A stretch of DNA of 64,000 bases from Candidatus Buchananbacteria bacterium (GTDB lineage Bacteria; Patescibacteriota; Patescibacteriia; Buchananbacterales; UBA6539): contig JABWCG010000002.1 in NCBI GenBank assembly GCA_013359225.1, positions 113,470 through 177,469 of the forward strand, written 5' to 3'. Under the pieces are notes generated by a model that was not told the DNA's origin, did no database searches, and saw only the letters and a program-made list of their open reading frames with translations. Numbering within the stretch: position 1 is the first letter of the stretch; every line of letters starts with the position of its first letter. The position numbers and the translations under genes were made by a program. This document shows, piece after piece, positions 15,643 through 25,178 of this stretch.

Positions 15643-17868
15643 TTATCGTTTGTATTTACATTCGCGACTGCTACACTTGATTGAATCTTTTGGTCCATGG
15701 ACTAGAATTGAACCGCAGTCTGGGCATTTTTCTGGCTCACTTTGTCCTTCTTCAATATAAGGTTTGCCCCAGAGCGCGTTTTTACAATCAGGGTACTGAT
15801 CACAGGCGTAGAAGAATCCGCGACGCGACCGTTTACCGACAATTTTACCTTTGCCGCAAGCAGGACAAGTGCCGAACGTTTGGGCCGCTTCTTTTTTGAT
15901 GTATTTACATTTTGGATAGTTTGAACAGCCGACAAATTCGCCGTATCTTCCTTTTCGCTTTACTAACGGATGTTCACATTCCGGACATTTTTCGCCGGTT
16001 TCAACTGGTCCTTGCGGTTCGCCGGTTTCACCATCAAGCGGCTTGGTATTTTTACATTCCGGATATCCGGTGCAGGCTAAAAATTTTCCGTAGCGGCCGA
16101 CTTTAATAACCATTGGTTTGCCACACTTATCACATACCTCGTCGGATGCTTGTTCGGTGAGTTCTTTTTTGGTCAGCTCGCTGTCTTTTTTGTCTAGGTT
16201 TTCTTTGAACGGTTCCCAGAAATTTTTAATAACCGGCTGCCATTCTTTTTTACCTTCCGCCACTTCGTCCAAATCATCTTCCATGTGGGCGGTAAACTGG
16301 TAGTCAACAATTTTAGGGAAGTGTTCGACGAGTAAGTCATTAACCAGAAATGCCATTTCAGTCGGCTTTAATTTTTTTTCTTCCTTTTCAACATAGCCGC
16401 GCTCTTGCACAGTTGAAATAGTTGGAGCGTATGTTGACGGTCGGCCAATGCCGTATTCTTCCAATGCCTTAACCAAGGCTGCTTCCGTATAGCGCGCAGG
16501 TGGTTGGGTAAAATGTTGTAACGGCTTTAGTTCAACAAGGTTCACTGTTTGATTTTCGGAGATATCAGGCAAGATGTTTTCTTTGGTACTGGTTGGATAA
16601 ATTTTTAGAAAGCCGTCGAACTTGATAATTGAACCGGTTGAACGAAAGGTGTAGGGAGTTTTTTGGGCTTTGATGTCGACAGTAGTGTTGTCCATAACGG
16701 CCTCGGCCATCTGACTACTAATCGCGCGTTGCCAGATAAGTTGGTAAAGTTTAAATTGGCGGTCATTGAGATATGGTCGAACGGACGCTGGATCATTTTT
16801 AGCCAAAGTCGGTCTAATGGCTTCGTGAGCTTCCTGGGCTAATTTTGATTTTGCAGAATATTTCTTAATTCCGGCGTGGTACTGCTTGCCAAGCTGAGTA
16901 GTAATATATTCAGCAGCTTCGTCTAAAAATTTCGTTGCTAGATTCAGTGAGTCGGTTCTCATGTAGGTAATCAAACCAACTGAGCCTTCTGATCCAAGTT
17001 CAATACCTTCATAGAGCTGTTGCGCTAGCATCATAGTCTGTTTGGCGGAAAAACCCAGCCGTGAGTTGGCAGCCTGTTGTAAGGTAGAGGTAGTAAACGG
17101 TGGCAGCGCTTTTTTCTTGGTTTGCTTTTTTTCAACCTTTTCAATGACATAGGTGGCCTGTTCTAAATCTTTTAGGATCTTATTGGCTTGCTCCTCATTA
17201 CTGATTTCTAATTTATCAATAACCTTGTCGTCAATCTTATTAAGTTTTGATTCAAAGTTTTGATTATTGGCATTAAAAATGCTTTCAATGCTCCAGTATT
17301 CTTGGGCGTTGAAAGCCTGAATTTCTCGTTCCCGTTCGACGATGAGCCGGACCGCGACTGACTGAACTCGGCCGGCTGACAATCCGCGAGCAACTTTTTT
17401 CCATAAAAATGGGGAAAGTTGATAGCCGACCAGTCGGTCCAAAACGCGCCGGGCTTGTTGGGCGTCAACCAGGTGCAGATCAAGCTCGCGCGGATTTTTT
17501 AGCGCCTCTTTGATTGCGTCTTCGGTGATTTCATGAAAAACGATTCGTTTAATTTTATTTTTTGGGGTTTTAAAAATATTGACCAGGTGCCAAGAGATCG
17601 CTTCACCTTCGCGGTCTTCGTCGGTGGCGAAGTAAATATTTTGGGCTTTGTCGGCTAACTTTTTTAATTCAGTGGCTCGTTTTTTTGATTTAACCGGAAT
17701 GACGTACTGCGGGTCAAAATTATTTTCAATATCAACGCCAAGCTTGCTTTTTGGTAAATCTCGAATATGACCAAAAGAGGATTCGATTTTATAATCGGAT
17801 CCCAAAAATTTTGAAATTGTTTTTGCTTTGGTTGGCGATTCGACAATCACCAAATTTTTGATAGCCAT
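15643..17868 (-). CDS. topA: DNA topoisomerase I (type IA) with C-terminal Zn ribbons
   Basis: 'LVIVESPTKAKTI', 'ATDEDREGE', 'SAGRVQS', 'LITYMRTDS', 'GIGRPSTYA', repeated CxxC ribbons. Confidence 0.98.
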   Translation of the reverse strand: MAIKNLVIVESPTKAKTISKFLGSDYKIESSFGHIRDLPKSKLGVDIENNFDPQYVIPVKSKKRATELKKLADKAQNIYFATDEDREGEAISWHLVNIFKTPKNKIKRIVFHEITEDAIKEALKNPRELDLHLVDAQQARRVLDRLVGYQLSPFLWKKVARGLSAGRVQSVAVRLIVEREREIQAFNAQEYWSIESIFNANNQNFESKLNKIDDKVIDKLEISNEEQANKILKDLEQATYVIEKVEKKQTKKKALPPFTTSTLQQAANSRLGFSAKQTMMLAQQLYEGIELGSEGSVGLITYMRTDSLNLATKFLDEAAEYITTQLGKQYHAGIKKYSAKSKLAQEAHEAIRPTLAKNDPASVRPYLNDRQFKLYQLIWQRAISSQMAEAVMDNTTVDIKAQKTPYTFRSTGSIIKFDGFLKIYPTSTKENILPDISENQTVNLVELKPLQHFTQPPARYTEAALVKALEEYGIGRPSTYAPTISTVQERGYVEKEEKKLKPTEMAFLVNDLLVEHFPKIVDYQFTAHMEDDLDEVAEGKKEWQPVIKNFWEPFKENLDKKDSELTKKELTEQASDEVCDKCGKPMVIKVGRYGKFLACTGYPECKNTKPLDGETGEPQGPVETGEKCPECEHPLVKRKGRYGEFVGCSNYPKCKYIKKEAAQTFGTCPACGKGKIVGKRSRRGFFYACDQYPDCKNALWGKPYIEEGQSEPEKCPDCGSILVHGPKDSIKCSSRECKYKR

Positions 17869-19158
17869 TTAGATTTTCCTTTCTTTTAAAATTTGTTGTT
17901 CGCTACGCCAATTTTTTCTTAACTGGCCGGCGAGGTAAAACGAACCGGTAACTAAGACTAAATCATTTTTTGTTGCCTGACTCAGGGCTGATTCAAGCGC
18001 CATTTGCGGATCTAAAAATACCTTTATTTTTTTCGGACACTTGAGCGCGTCGCCTAATTTTTTTGGTGGGTAGGCCTTTCGATGCAGCGATAATTGTCTG
18101 GTGATAAATATTTTATGAGCGTGTTTACTGATCTCGCCGAATACTTCTTTAGGATTTCGCTCTTTAGTTAAGGCAATAATAAGATAAAGCTTTTTATATG
18201 TCAAATGTTTGATAATTTCAAGTGTCGTTTTAATTTTTGATTCATTGTGGGCGCCGTCCAAAATAACTAGCGGATTTTTTTGGATGATTTCGGTTCGGCA
18301 AGACATGGTTACGTTTTTCAAACCGGTACTGATGTGCCGGTCTGAAATGCCAAGGGTACGGGCAACTTGTGCGGCCAATTCGGCATTATACTGTTGATGT
18401 TGTCCTAATAATTTAAGCGGGTAGCGCTTCGCGGGCGCGTCAACCAGGTTAAAATATGCCTTTTGTTTTTTACAGGCTTGGCTTATAATTTTTAGCGCTT
18501 CAGGTGCATTGTAGGCAACAGTAAACAGTTTCGTTTTTGGTTTGATTATTGCTGCTTTTTCCCGGGTAATGCTCTTAATATCGTTGCCTAAAATTTCGGT
18601 ATGATCAAAACCAATTTTATTAATTACGGTAACAGCAGGTGAATCAATAATATTGGTGGCGTCATGCCGGCCGCCCAAACCAACCTCTAGGACGACATAC
18701 TCACATTTTTTTTCTTTAAAATATAAAAAGCCAATAGCGGTGAATATCTCAAAATATGAAGGTCGACCGTAGCGCGACTTAAGATAGGTTTGATCAATAG
18801 CTGGTTTTATTTTTTCAACTAGTGCGGCAAACTCATCAGGGCTAATGAGGCGGTTATTAACTTTAATTTTTTCAATTGAAGTGGTCGGAAACGGGGAAGT
18901 AAAAAGGCCGGTCGTGTTTCCGGCAGCAACCAAAATTGATTGAATCATGTTGGATACAGAACCTTTGCCGGAGGTGCCACCAACGTGGATGTATTTTAGT
19001 CCTTTCTGGGGATTACCCAGAACATTAAGGAGGTATTTAGTTCGTTTTAAAAAAATGCTCCGGCCACCTTTTTTTACAAAATAGTCATCTTGGGAGATAT
19101 TGGTGATGGACTCAAGATATTGAACGGCGGAAAAGTATTTTTCAAAGTTGTTTTTCAT
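17869..19158 (-). CDS. folC: Folylpolyglutamate synthase/dihydrofolate synthase
   Basis: 'IHVGGTSGKGSV', 'GLFTSP', 'LEVGLGGRHDATN', 'ILDGAHN', 'VTGSFYLAG'. Confidence 0.88.
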   Translation of the reverse strand: MKNNFEKYFSAVQYLESITNISQDDYFVKKGGRSIFLKRTKYLLNVLGNPQKGLKYIHVGGTSGKGSVSNMIQSILVAAGNTTGLFTSPFPTTSIEKIKVNNRLISPDEFAALVEKIKPAIDQTYLKSRYGRPSYFEIFTAIGFLYFKEKKCEYVVLEVGLGGRHDATNIIDSPAVTVINKIGFDHTEILGNDIKSITREKAAIIKPKTKLFTVAYNAPEALKIISQACKKQKAYFNLVDAPAKRYPLKLLGQHQQYNAELAAQVARTLGISDRHISTGLKNVTMSCRTEIIQKNPLVILDGAHNESKIKTTLEIIKHLTYKKLYLIIALTKERNPKEVFGEISKHAHKIFITRQLSLHRKAYPPKKLGDALKCPKKIKVFLDPQMALESALSQATKNDLVLVTGSFYLAGQLRKNWRSEQQILKERKI

Positions 19159-20267
19159 GATAGTTGCGCAGTGGTTGAATAAACGTTTGAGCCGATATGT
19201 TTAATCAGCCCCTTAATTTCCATGACGCTTAAGTTTGCATTAACAACACTGATATCAAGTCTAACGTATTGCACTATTTTGTCAACGTGAAGCGGTCCGT
19301 CAAGAAGTATTTCAATTATCTTTTTTTCAGTTGGGGTAACTGATGGTGTTGGTGCAGCGGTTTGTTTTTCTTTTAGTGTTTCAACGTTCAGCGTTTCAAT
19401 GATGTCAGTAATGCTATTAACTAATCTGGCGCCGCTAGTAATCAGGCGGTGTGGTCCAGCGCTACCGATGTGAAAGATATTACCTGGAACGGCAAAAACT
19501 TCCCGGCCTTGTTCCAGGGCATAAGCGGCCGTAATGAGCGCACCGGATTTTTCGTGAGCTTCAATAACTAAGGTGCCAAGCGATAAACCGGAAATCAGCC
19601 GGTTACGAATTGGAAAATTGTGTTTTAGCGGCGGCATGGTGATTGGAAATTCCGAAAAAATAAGTCCGCCCTCCAGGGTAATTTTTTTCGCCAGGTTGCG
19701 ATGGCTAGCCGGATAGATTTGTTGTAGCCCGCAACCCAAAACGGCAACGGTGGTGCCGTGATTTTCAAGCGTCGTAGTGTGCGCGCAGGCATCAATGCCA
19801 AAGGCTAGGCCGGAGGTGATAACAAAACCTTGTCGGACGAGATCACTAACCATTTTAGCGGTGACGAGCCGGCCATACTCGGAAATTTTCCGGCTGCCGA
19901 CTACTGCCAGATTTTTTGGTCGCAGATTGTTTAATTCACCTAAATAATACAGCAGGGGAGGTGGGGCATAAATTTCTTTTAGTAGGTGTGGGTATGTATC
20001 GTCTTTGATAGTTACGGTTTTGACGTTAGCTTTTTCAACCTTGTCTGCTTCGGCCTCGGGGTTGATGGTTGATTTTAAATTGATAATCTGGCTTGAAATT
20101 TTTTCCTCAATGCCGGCCGCTAACAACCCTTTTTGGCCGGCGTGCCAGGCGGCTTTCAGGTCGCCAAAATAGTTAAGCAATTTTTGCAAACGCACCGGGC
20201 CGATGATTGGTAGCTGGTTAAAACCAATCCAATATTTAAGTTCAGATTTTGGTACTTTGCTTGACAT
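19155..20267 (-). CDS. dprA: DNA-processing protein DprA
   Basis: 'YP.LLKEI..PP.LLY', 'AVVGSR..S.YG', 'SGLAFGID', 'FPIRNRLISGLS', 'GREVFAVPG'; C-terminal winged helix. Confidence 0.96.
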   Translation of the reverse strand: MSSKVPKSELKYWIGFNQLPIIGPVRLQKLLNYFGDLKAAWHAGQKGLLAAGIEEKISSQIINLKSTINPEAEADKVEKANVKTVTIKDDTYPHLLKEIYAPPPLLYYLGELNNLRPKNLAVVGSRKISEYGRLVTAKMVSDLVRQGFVITSGLAFGIDACAHTTTLENHGTTVAVLGCGLQQIYPASHRNLAKKITLEGGLIFSEFPITMPPLKHNFPIRNRLISGLSLGTLVIEAHEKSGALITAAYALEQGREVFAVPGNIFHIGSAGPHRLITSGARLVNSITDIIETLNVETLKEKQTAAPTPSVTPTEKKIIEILLDGPLHVDKIVQYVRLDISVVNANLSVMEIKGLIKHIGSNVYSTTAQLS

Positions 20268-20346
20268 AATTAACTTTTTATGATATAATAAAATGTTGTA
20301 GTTTTTGGTGGTTCATTAGCCAAAAAAAGGAACAGGAGACTGGTTC

Positions 20347-20505
20347 ATGAAAAAAGGACGTCCAGCTTGCTGTCATTGTGGGTATGTCGACCCGGTCACG
20401 ATTCGCCCGGACAACTGCCCAAACTGTGACGAAACCTGGTATTCGTCGCATCATTCCGAGGAGGAAGCGCTTCGGCGCCCCTCCTCTTTACTATTTTTAA
20501 TATAA
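20347..20505 (+). CDS. Unannotated 52-aa zinc-ribbon microprotein (MKKGRPACCHCGYVDPVTIRPDNCPNCDETWYSSHHSEEEALRRPSSLLFLI)
   Basis: AGGAGA RBS about 8 nt upstream, TATAAT at 20284-20289, CxxC...CxxC pair. Confidence 0.6.
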   Translation: MKKGRPACCHCGYVDPVTIRPDNCPNCDETWYSSHHSEEEALRRPSSLLFLI

Positions 20506-20515
20506 ATTATTCCCC

Positions 20516-20544
20516 TTGACTTTTTTAAAAAAATGTGTTAAGTT
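20516..20544 (+). promoter_or_regulatory. Sigma70 promoter (extended -10) for the downstream ncRNA
   Basis: TTGACT(20516-20521)-17-TAAGTT preceded by TG-T. Confidence 0.55.
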
Positions 20545-20580
20545 GCCGTAATATCTTTAAAGATAATAAAGATATATATG

Positions 20581-20723
20581 GTAGCTTTTAGTGTCCTGCG
20601 TACCAGCGGCAAAAATTCAGACTAACCCTCCTAGTCTAATGAGTAGCCACAAGTCCGAGGGATCTATCGTTTATTCGATTAGGTTCCTTGCGCTGGTAAG
20701 CAGGATAGTGAAAGCTACTTTTT
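20581..20723 (+). ncRNA. Putative ~140-nt structured ncRNA (long closing helix plus multibranch top)
   Basis: GTAGCTTTTA/TGAAAGCTAC, TGTCCTGC/GCAGGATA and TACCAGCG/CGCTGGTA enclose hairpins AGACTA/TAGTCT and CGAGGGATCTA/TAGGTTCCTTG; followed by TTTTT. Confidence 0.65.
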
Positions 20724-20730
20724 AATTAAA

Positions 20731-20751
20731 AAAGCGCCTCTTGGGCGCTTT
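20731..20751 (-). terminator. Terminator downstream of pth
   Basis: AAAGCGCCT-CTT-GGGCGCTTT preceded by an A-tract (U-tract on the minus strand). Confidence 0.7.
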
Positions 20752-20774
20752 GTTGATTTTTGTTGGAGCGGATC

Positions 20775-21347
20775 TTAATTGAATTCGTTCATAGCTTCGG
20801 CAATGCCCGTTGCCAGACCGACTTCAATGGCGGATAAAACGGTTTGCAGATTTTCTTCCAAGGTTAATTTACTGGTTTGGTCAATTTTTTGCAAGACATA
20901 TTTTTCGGTGGGAATTTTTGTCGGTTCGTTTGGCCGAATGCCAACCCGGAAGCGGACAAAAGCCTGGCTGCCGATTTCATCAATAATAGACTGCACTCCT
21001 TTATGACCGCCAGCGGAAGCGTTGTGGGAAATTCTGATTTTACCAAGTGGTAAATCAATTTCATCGTGGATAATCCAAATGTCGGCCGGGTTGATTTTAT
21101 AGAATGTTGCTAATGCTTTAACGGCCGCGCCGGAGTTGTTCATAAAAGTTGTTGGTTTTGCCAAAATGATTTTTTCATCAGCGTTGGCAACTTCGCAGAC
21201 TTCAGCCTTAAACTTTTTTTGCACTTTAAAGCCGAGGTCTGACTGGGCATATTTTTGTTTAACCTGATCAACGACAATAAAACCCAGATTGTGCCAGGTG
21301 TTTTGATATTCACTTCCCGGATTGCCTAAACCGACAATTAATTTCAT
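20775..21347 (-). CDS. pth: Peptidyl-tRNA hydrolase
   Basis: 'LIVGLGNPG.EY..T.HN.GF', 'KPTTFMNNSG', 'HDEIDLP.G', 'GGHKG'. Confidence 0.96.
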   Translation of the reverse strand: MKLIVGLGNPGSEYQNTWHNLGFIVVDQVKQKYAQSDLGFKVQKKFKAEVCEVANADEKIILAKPTTFMNNSGAAVKALATFYKINPADIWIIHDEIDLPLGKIRISHNASAGGHKGVQSIIDEIGSQAFVRFRVGIRPNEPTKIPTEKYVLQKIDQTSKLTLEENLQTVLSAIEVGLATGIAEAMNEFN

Positions 21348-21351
21348 ATAT

Positions 21352-22752
21352 TTATTCTCTGCCTGAAGCTACCCGTATTGTAACAGGTACCCCAAGAAAG
21401 TTAAAACGTTCCCGCAGGCGGTTTTCAATAAACCGTAAATATGAGAAGTGAACTGATTCTTGCGCGCCGACGGTGACGATAAATATTTGTGGGTTAGTTC
21501 GCAGTTGACTTAGGGAACGTATTTTTGGTCGCTTGGGACCTTTGGCCTGGGTTGGGCGGTGTTTTTTCAGAATTTCTTCTAAGACAGTTTGTAGTACCTC
21601 ATCGGAGATTTCTTTATTTAGTTCTTCATAAATTTCTAAGACCAAGTCAAGCAGTTTATCAACATTTTTACCGGTTAGAGCAGAAGTAAAAACTAATGGT
21701 GCAAAAGACAGGTGAGGCAGATTTTTTTGATAATAGTTACGAAATTCCTGGTCGCTGGCGGTGGTTTTGCCTTCAACCAAGTCCCACTTGTTGGCGATGA
21801 TGATTAAACCCTTGCCCTCGTCGCGAATCATGCCCGAGATTGCTGAATCTTGCTTAGTTAGGCCCTGGCTAACGTCCGTCATAAACATGATAACGTCGGC
21901 ATTTTTGATGGTATTAAGACTTTTCCTGGTAGCCGTTTTTTCAATCCCGGGTTCAACTCGAGCCTTTTTTTTGATGCCGGCCGTATCAATCAAAATTACT
22001 TTTTTACCTTTGTAGATAATTTCGGTATCCTGTGGTTCGCGGGTGGTTTGTGGCGTTTCAGAAACAATCACGCGCTTTTCGCCTAAGATTTGATTAACCA
22101 AAGACGACTTTCCGGCATTTGGCTTGCCAATTAGCGCGACGCGAATACCTTTGGTTTGTATTACTTCTTTAGCTGGTCGTCCGGACCGACCCTTAATTTT
22201 TTTTATCAATTCATCCAGAAAGTCGCCAACACCGCTACCGTTTGCGGCCGAAACCGGATAGGGCTGACCCAGACCAAGCGCAAAAAAATCGTTAATTTGG
22301 TGGCGGTATTTAGGGTTGTCAATTTTATTGCAGACTAAAAAAGTTGGAATATTTAATTTTTTAATTACTAACGCGAGCTCGCGGTCTTCGGGCAACAGGC
22401 CGGATTGGCCGTCAACGACCATCATGACAACGTCTGCTTTGCCAAGTGCTTCCTTGGTCTGCAGAATAATTTCTTTTTCAATCGTAGTGGTTTGCCGTAA
22501 AATTTTTTGACTTTCTTTATTATTTGGCAGCAGTGCCTGAATGCTGTTTTTGAGAATATCAATATTAACGCCGCCAGTATCGATTAGCTGGAAGGTTTTT
22601 TTTCGCCAGGCAACGGTTCCTAAGTTGTAGTCGCGGGTTGTGCCGGCTTGTTGGGAAATCAGCGCTTTGCTGCTTTCGGTGAGCCGGTTAAATAATGACG
22701 ACTTGCCGACGTTAGTGCGTCCAACAATAACGACGGAGGGTAGTTTGATCAT
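21352..22752 (-). CDS. der: Ribosome biogenesis GTPase Der (EngA)
   Basis: Two G-domains (GRTNVGKSS...DTGG...NKID; GKPNAGKSS...DTAG...NKWD) plus KH-like tail 'SYLRFIENRLRE.F.F.GVP'. Confidence 0.95.
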   Translation of the reverse strand: MIKLPSVVIVGRTNVGKSSLFNRLTESSKALISQQAGTTRDYNLGTVAWRKKTFQLIDTGGVNIDILKNSIQALLPNNKESQKILRQTTTIEKEIILQTKEALGKADVVMMVVDGQSGLLPEDRELALVIKKLNIPTFLVCNKIDNPKYRHQINDFFALGLGQPYPVSAANGSGVGDFLDELIKKIKGRSGRPAKEVIQTKGIRVALIGKPNAGKSSLVNQILGEKRVIVSETPQTTREPQDTEIIYKGKKVILIDTAGIKKKARVEPGIEKTATRKSLNTIKNADVIMFMTDVSQGLTKQDSAISGMIRDEGKGLIIIANKWDLVEGKTTASDQEFRNYYQKNLPHLSFAPLVFTSALTGKNVDKLLDLVLEIYEELNKEISDEVLQTVLEEILKKHRPTQAKGPKRPKIRSLSQLRTNPQIFIVTVGAQESVHFSYLRFIENRLRERFNFLGVPVTIRVASGRE

Positions 22753-24167
22753 GGGTTTTTGCGATCTTGCCCTAAAATAATTAAGATGTCAGTTTGTACA
22801 TTAACTTTGGGAGTAGTGGTTGATTTTACCCAATCGGGCAGCGTTGGTGCGAGCTCGGCCGTTAAGAGTTGTGCAATGCTTTGAGCGGTTGTGTCTTCGG
22901 CCTCAGTAATCCGGTTATAGACCACGGTTTTTTGATAATCCTGGGTTGGGGCATTGCCGATTTTAATGACTTGGTAACCGAGGCTTTCCAAATACTGTGA
23001 AATTTCATAGGCTAAGCCACCAATTTTGGTGCCGTTTTGGATTTCGATCAGTTTTGGTTTCATGGCCACCAATTTTTCCGGCTCAAAGATGTTTTGGGCA
23101 ATCAATTGCATTTCCGAAAAATTTCCAGCCTTTGGTTGAAGTACAAATGCACCGTCGGCAGTAACCGATGAGTATAAAACACCGTCCGGACCGTCGTCAA
23201 AAATTCTTCGGGTGATTTTTTCTTCATCAACGTCTTTACCTAAGTTAAACAATCTGATAATCTCCCAGGCCTTTAAGTCGGTTGCTAGGTGTTGGCTAAG
23301 CGTATCCATAAGCCTGCCAATTTTATAGGGGTTAGCCAGAGTACCAAAGGACAGGGCTTTTTCTTTGGCAGCAAGCAACACCTTTTGCTGGCGTTTACTT
23401 CTGGCAAAGTCCGAGCCTTCAATACCTTTGGCATGGCGACTACGAACAAATTTTAAGGCTAAATCTCCATCCATTTTGACCCGGCCCGGCTCAATATAGA
23501 GATGTTCGTACCGTTCAGATGTTGTGGCCGTTTCTTTTCCTTTAATCGGGTATTGCGGATCGTCAACAGTGTTTTCTACTTCAACGGTAACACCGCCCAA
23601 GTCGTCAATCACTTGTTTGAAGCCGGCAAAGTCAATTCGGACATAATAGTGGATTGGAATGTTAAAAACTTGGCTAATGACTTTTTTAGTCAGCTCCGCG
23701 CCTTGGCCGGGGTTATCAAGTTCACCAAAGGCATTGGCGTGATTGATTTTGCGCCAGCCATAGTTGGGGATTTGCACGAGTAAATCGCGCGGCACGGATA
23801 GCATCGCGACCTGATCAGTCGACGGTTTATAACTGGCAACGATAATGGTATCGGTTAAAAATGGTCCATCGTGGTCCAGGCCGCCCATGCCCAGCAGTAG
23901 AATATTGATCCGATCCTCATCCTCACCCAACAATTTTTTGTCGTCGCTACCGATAAGGAATTTGAGCTGGCCCCATAGGCTGGTGTTACCAAGTGTTTTG
24001 GCAAGGTTTTCGCCGGAAGTAATCACCCCGATGCCAAAAAATATGCCCAGAATTACAAAAATTATCAGTAAATAGATTATTATTTTACTGATAGTTCTTT
24101 TCTTTCGCTTAGGTTGCTCGACGATTTTTCCTTCTTCGCTTAGAAAGTTTGGTTCCGTTCTGGTCAT
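22749..24167 (-). CDS. LCP (LytR-CpsA-Psr) family protein with C-terminal LytR_C domain (probable start ATG 24167)
   Basis: TM, 'INILLLG', 'LTDTIIV', 'SVPRD', 'KINHA', 'FVRSRH', 'SDFARSKRQQ'; tail 'IQNGT...GLA...IILGQD'. Confidence 0.92.
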   Translation of the reverse strand: MTRTEPNFLSEEGKIVEQPKRKKRTISKIIIYLLIIFVILGIFFGIGVITSGENLAKTLGNTSLWGQLKFLIGSDDKKLLGEDEDRINILLLGMGGLDHDGPFLTDTIIVASYKPSTDQVAMLSVPRDLLVQIPNYGWRKINHANAFGELDNPGQGAELTKKVISQVFNIPIHYYVRIDFAGFKQVIDDLGGVTVEVENTVDDPQYPIKGKETATTSERYEHLYIEPGRVKMDGDLALKFVRSRHAKGIEGSDFARSKRQQKVLLAAKEKALSFGTLANPYKIGRLMDTLSQHLATDLKAWEIIRLFNLGKDVDEEKITRRIFDDGPDGVLYSSVTADGAFVLQPKAGNFSEMQLIAQNIFEPEKLVAMKPKLIEIQNGTKIGGLAYEISQYLESLGYQVIKIGNAPTQDYQKTVVYNRITEAEDTTAQSIAQLLTAELAPTLPDWVKSTTTPKVNVQTDILIILGQDRKNP

Positions 24168-24358
24168 AGTGATTGTAGTGTTATAATTTTGCCACAAAAA
24201 TCCGCTGTTGACAATTGTTTTTGTTTCGGTTTACAAGTCAAAGCTTTTGTGTTATATTTGATTGCGTAATAAATAGTAGTTGGGCATACACCGCTTGAGC
24301 GTGCAACAGGTGTACCGTGAACCCAAAGGCGCTTCTTTTTTATACCTGTAATTAAGAA

Positions 24359-24435
24359 GGACAATTAGCTCAGTTGGTTAGAGCGCTGCGTTCACATCGC
24401 AGAGGTCGCTGGTTCGAGCCCAGCATTGTCCACCA
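24359..24435 (+). tRNA. tRNA-Val(CAC)
   Basis: GGACAAT-TAGCTCAGTTGGTTAGAGC-G-CTGCG-TTCACAT-CGCAG-AGGTC-GCTGG-TTCGAGC-CCAGC-ATTGTCC-A-CCA. Confidence 0.96.
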
Positions 24436-24452
24436 GACTTTTTAGAACAAAA

Positions 24453-25178
24453 ATGCTCAAAATCGGACATCGGGGTGCGAAAGCCTACGCTCCGGAAAAC
24501 ACTATTGCTTCTTTTAAGAAAGCGCTTGACCTTGGCGTTGACATGGTTGAATTTGACGTTCGGATTACTAAAGACAAACATCCGGTGGTTATTCACGATA
24601 ACCGGTTGCGCCGCCTGACGAAGGAATTTATGCGCGTTAATCATCTGACTTTATCTCAGATTAAGAAGTTGCGCGTCAAAGAAACAGAGCAGGTACCGAC
24701 GCTTGGTGAGGTGCTCAGTGTCATTGACAATAAGGTTGGCATTTTAATTGATTTGAAGGTTAAGGGTGCGGCCCAAATTGTAGTGCAGACTCTGCGGGAT
24801 TATAAAATTGATTTTGATAATGTCATGATTTCGTCGGTGCATCCGTCTGAACTGCGCTTAGTTGAACAATTAGAGCCCGATATTACCACAGCACTTATCT
24901 TTCGGTCAAACAACGCATCAAACTTTTGGTTGGTAATGGATTTTTTGGCCGTCTTGTTCTTGCCGGTTACTAAATATTACATTTCTTGGTTGGTTCGTAA
25001 TGCAAACGCCAACTACTTGAACATCAATCATCGTTTGCTGAATGAAAAAAAGGTCAAAATGTTTAAAAAACAAGGAATAAAAATTTGCGCCTGGACCGTC
25101 AACAGCAAGCGCAAAATTGAATATCTTAAAAAAATAGGAATTGACGGCATTATAACTAATTATCCAGATCGCCTATGA
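24453..25178 (+). CDS. Glycerophosphodiester phosphodiesterase (start ATG 24453)
   Basis: 'GHRGA...APENTIASF', 'EFDVR.TKD..PVVIHD', 'WTVN', 'DGIITNYP'. Confidence 0.92.
   Translation: MLKIGHRGAKAYAPENTIASFKKALDLGVDMVEFDVRITKDKHPVVIHDNRLRRLTKEFMRVNHLTLSQIKKLRVKETEQVPTLGEVLSVIDNKVGILIDLKVKGAAQIVVQTLRDYKIDFDNVMISSVHPSELRLVEQLEPDITTALIFRSNNASNFWLVMDFLAVLFLPVTKYYISWLVRNANANYLNINHRLLNEKKVKMFKKQGIKICAWTVNSKRKIEYLKKIGIDGIITNYPDRL

Noticed and set aside
24255-24320. Pistol ribozyme resemblance (TAAATAG...GCGT...CAGGTG)
   Set aside because: The required P1 hairpin and its pseudoknot partner are missing, and P3 would be only about 2 bp.
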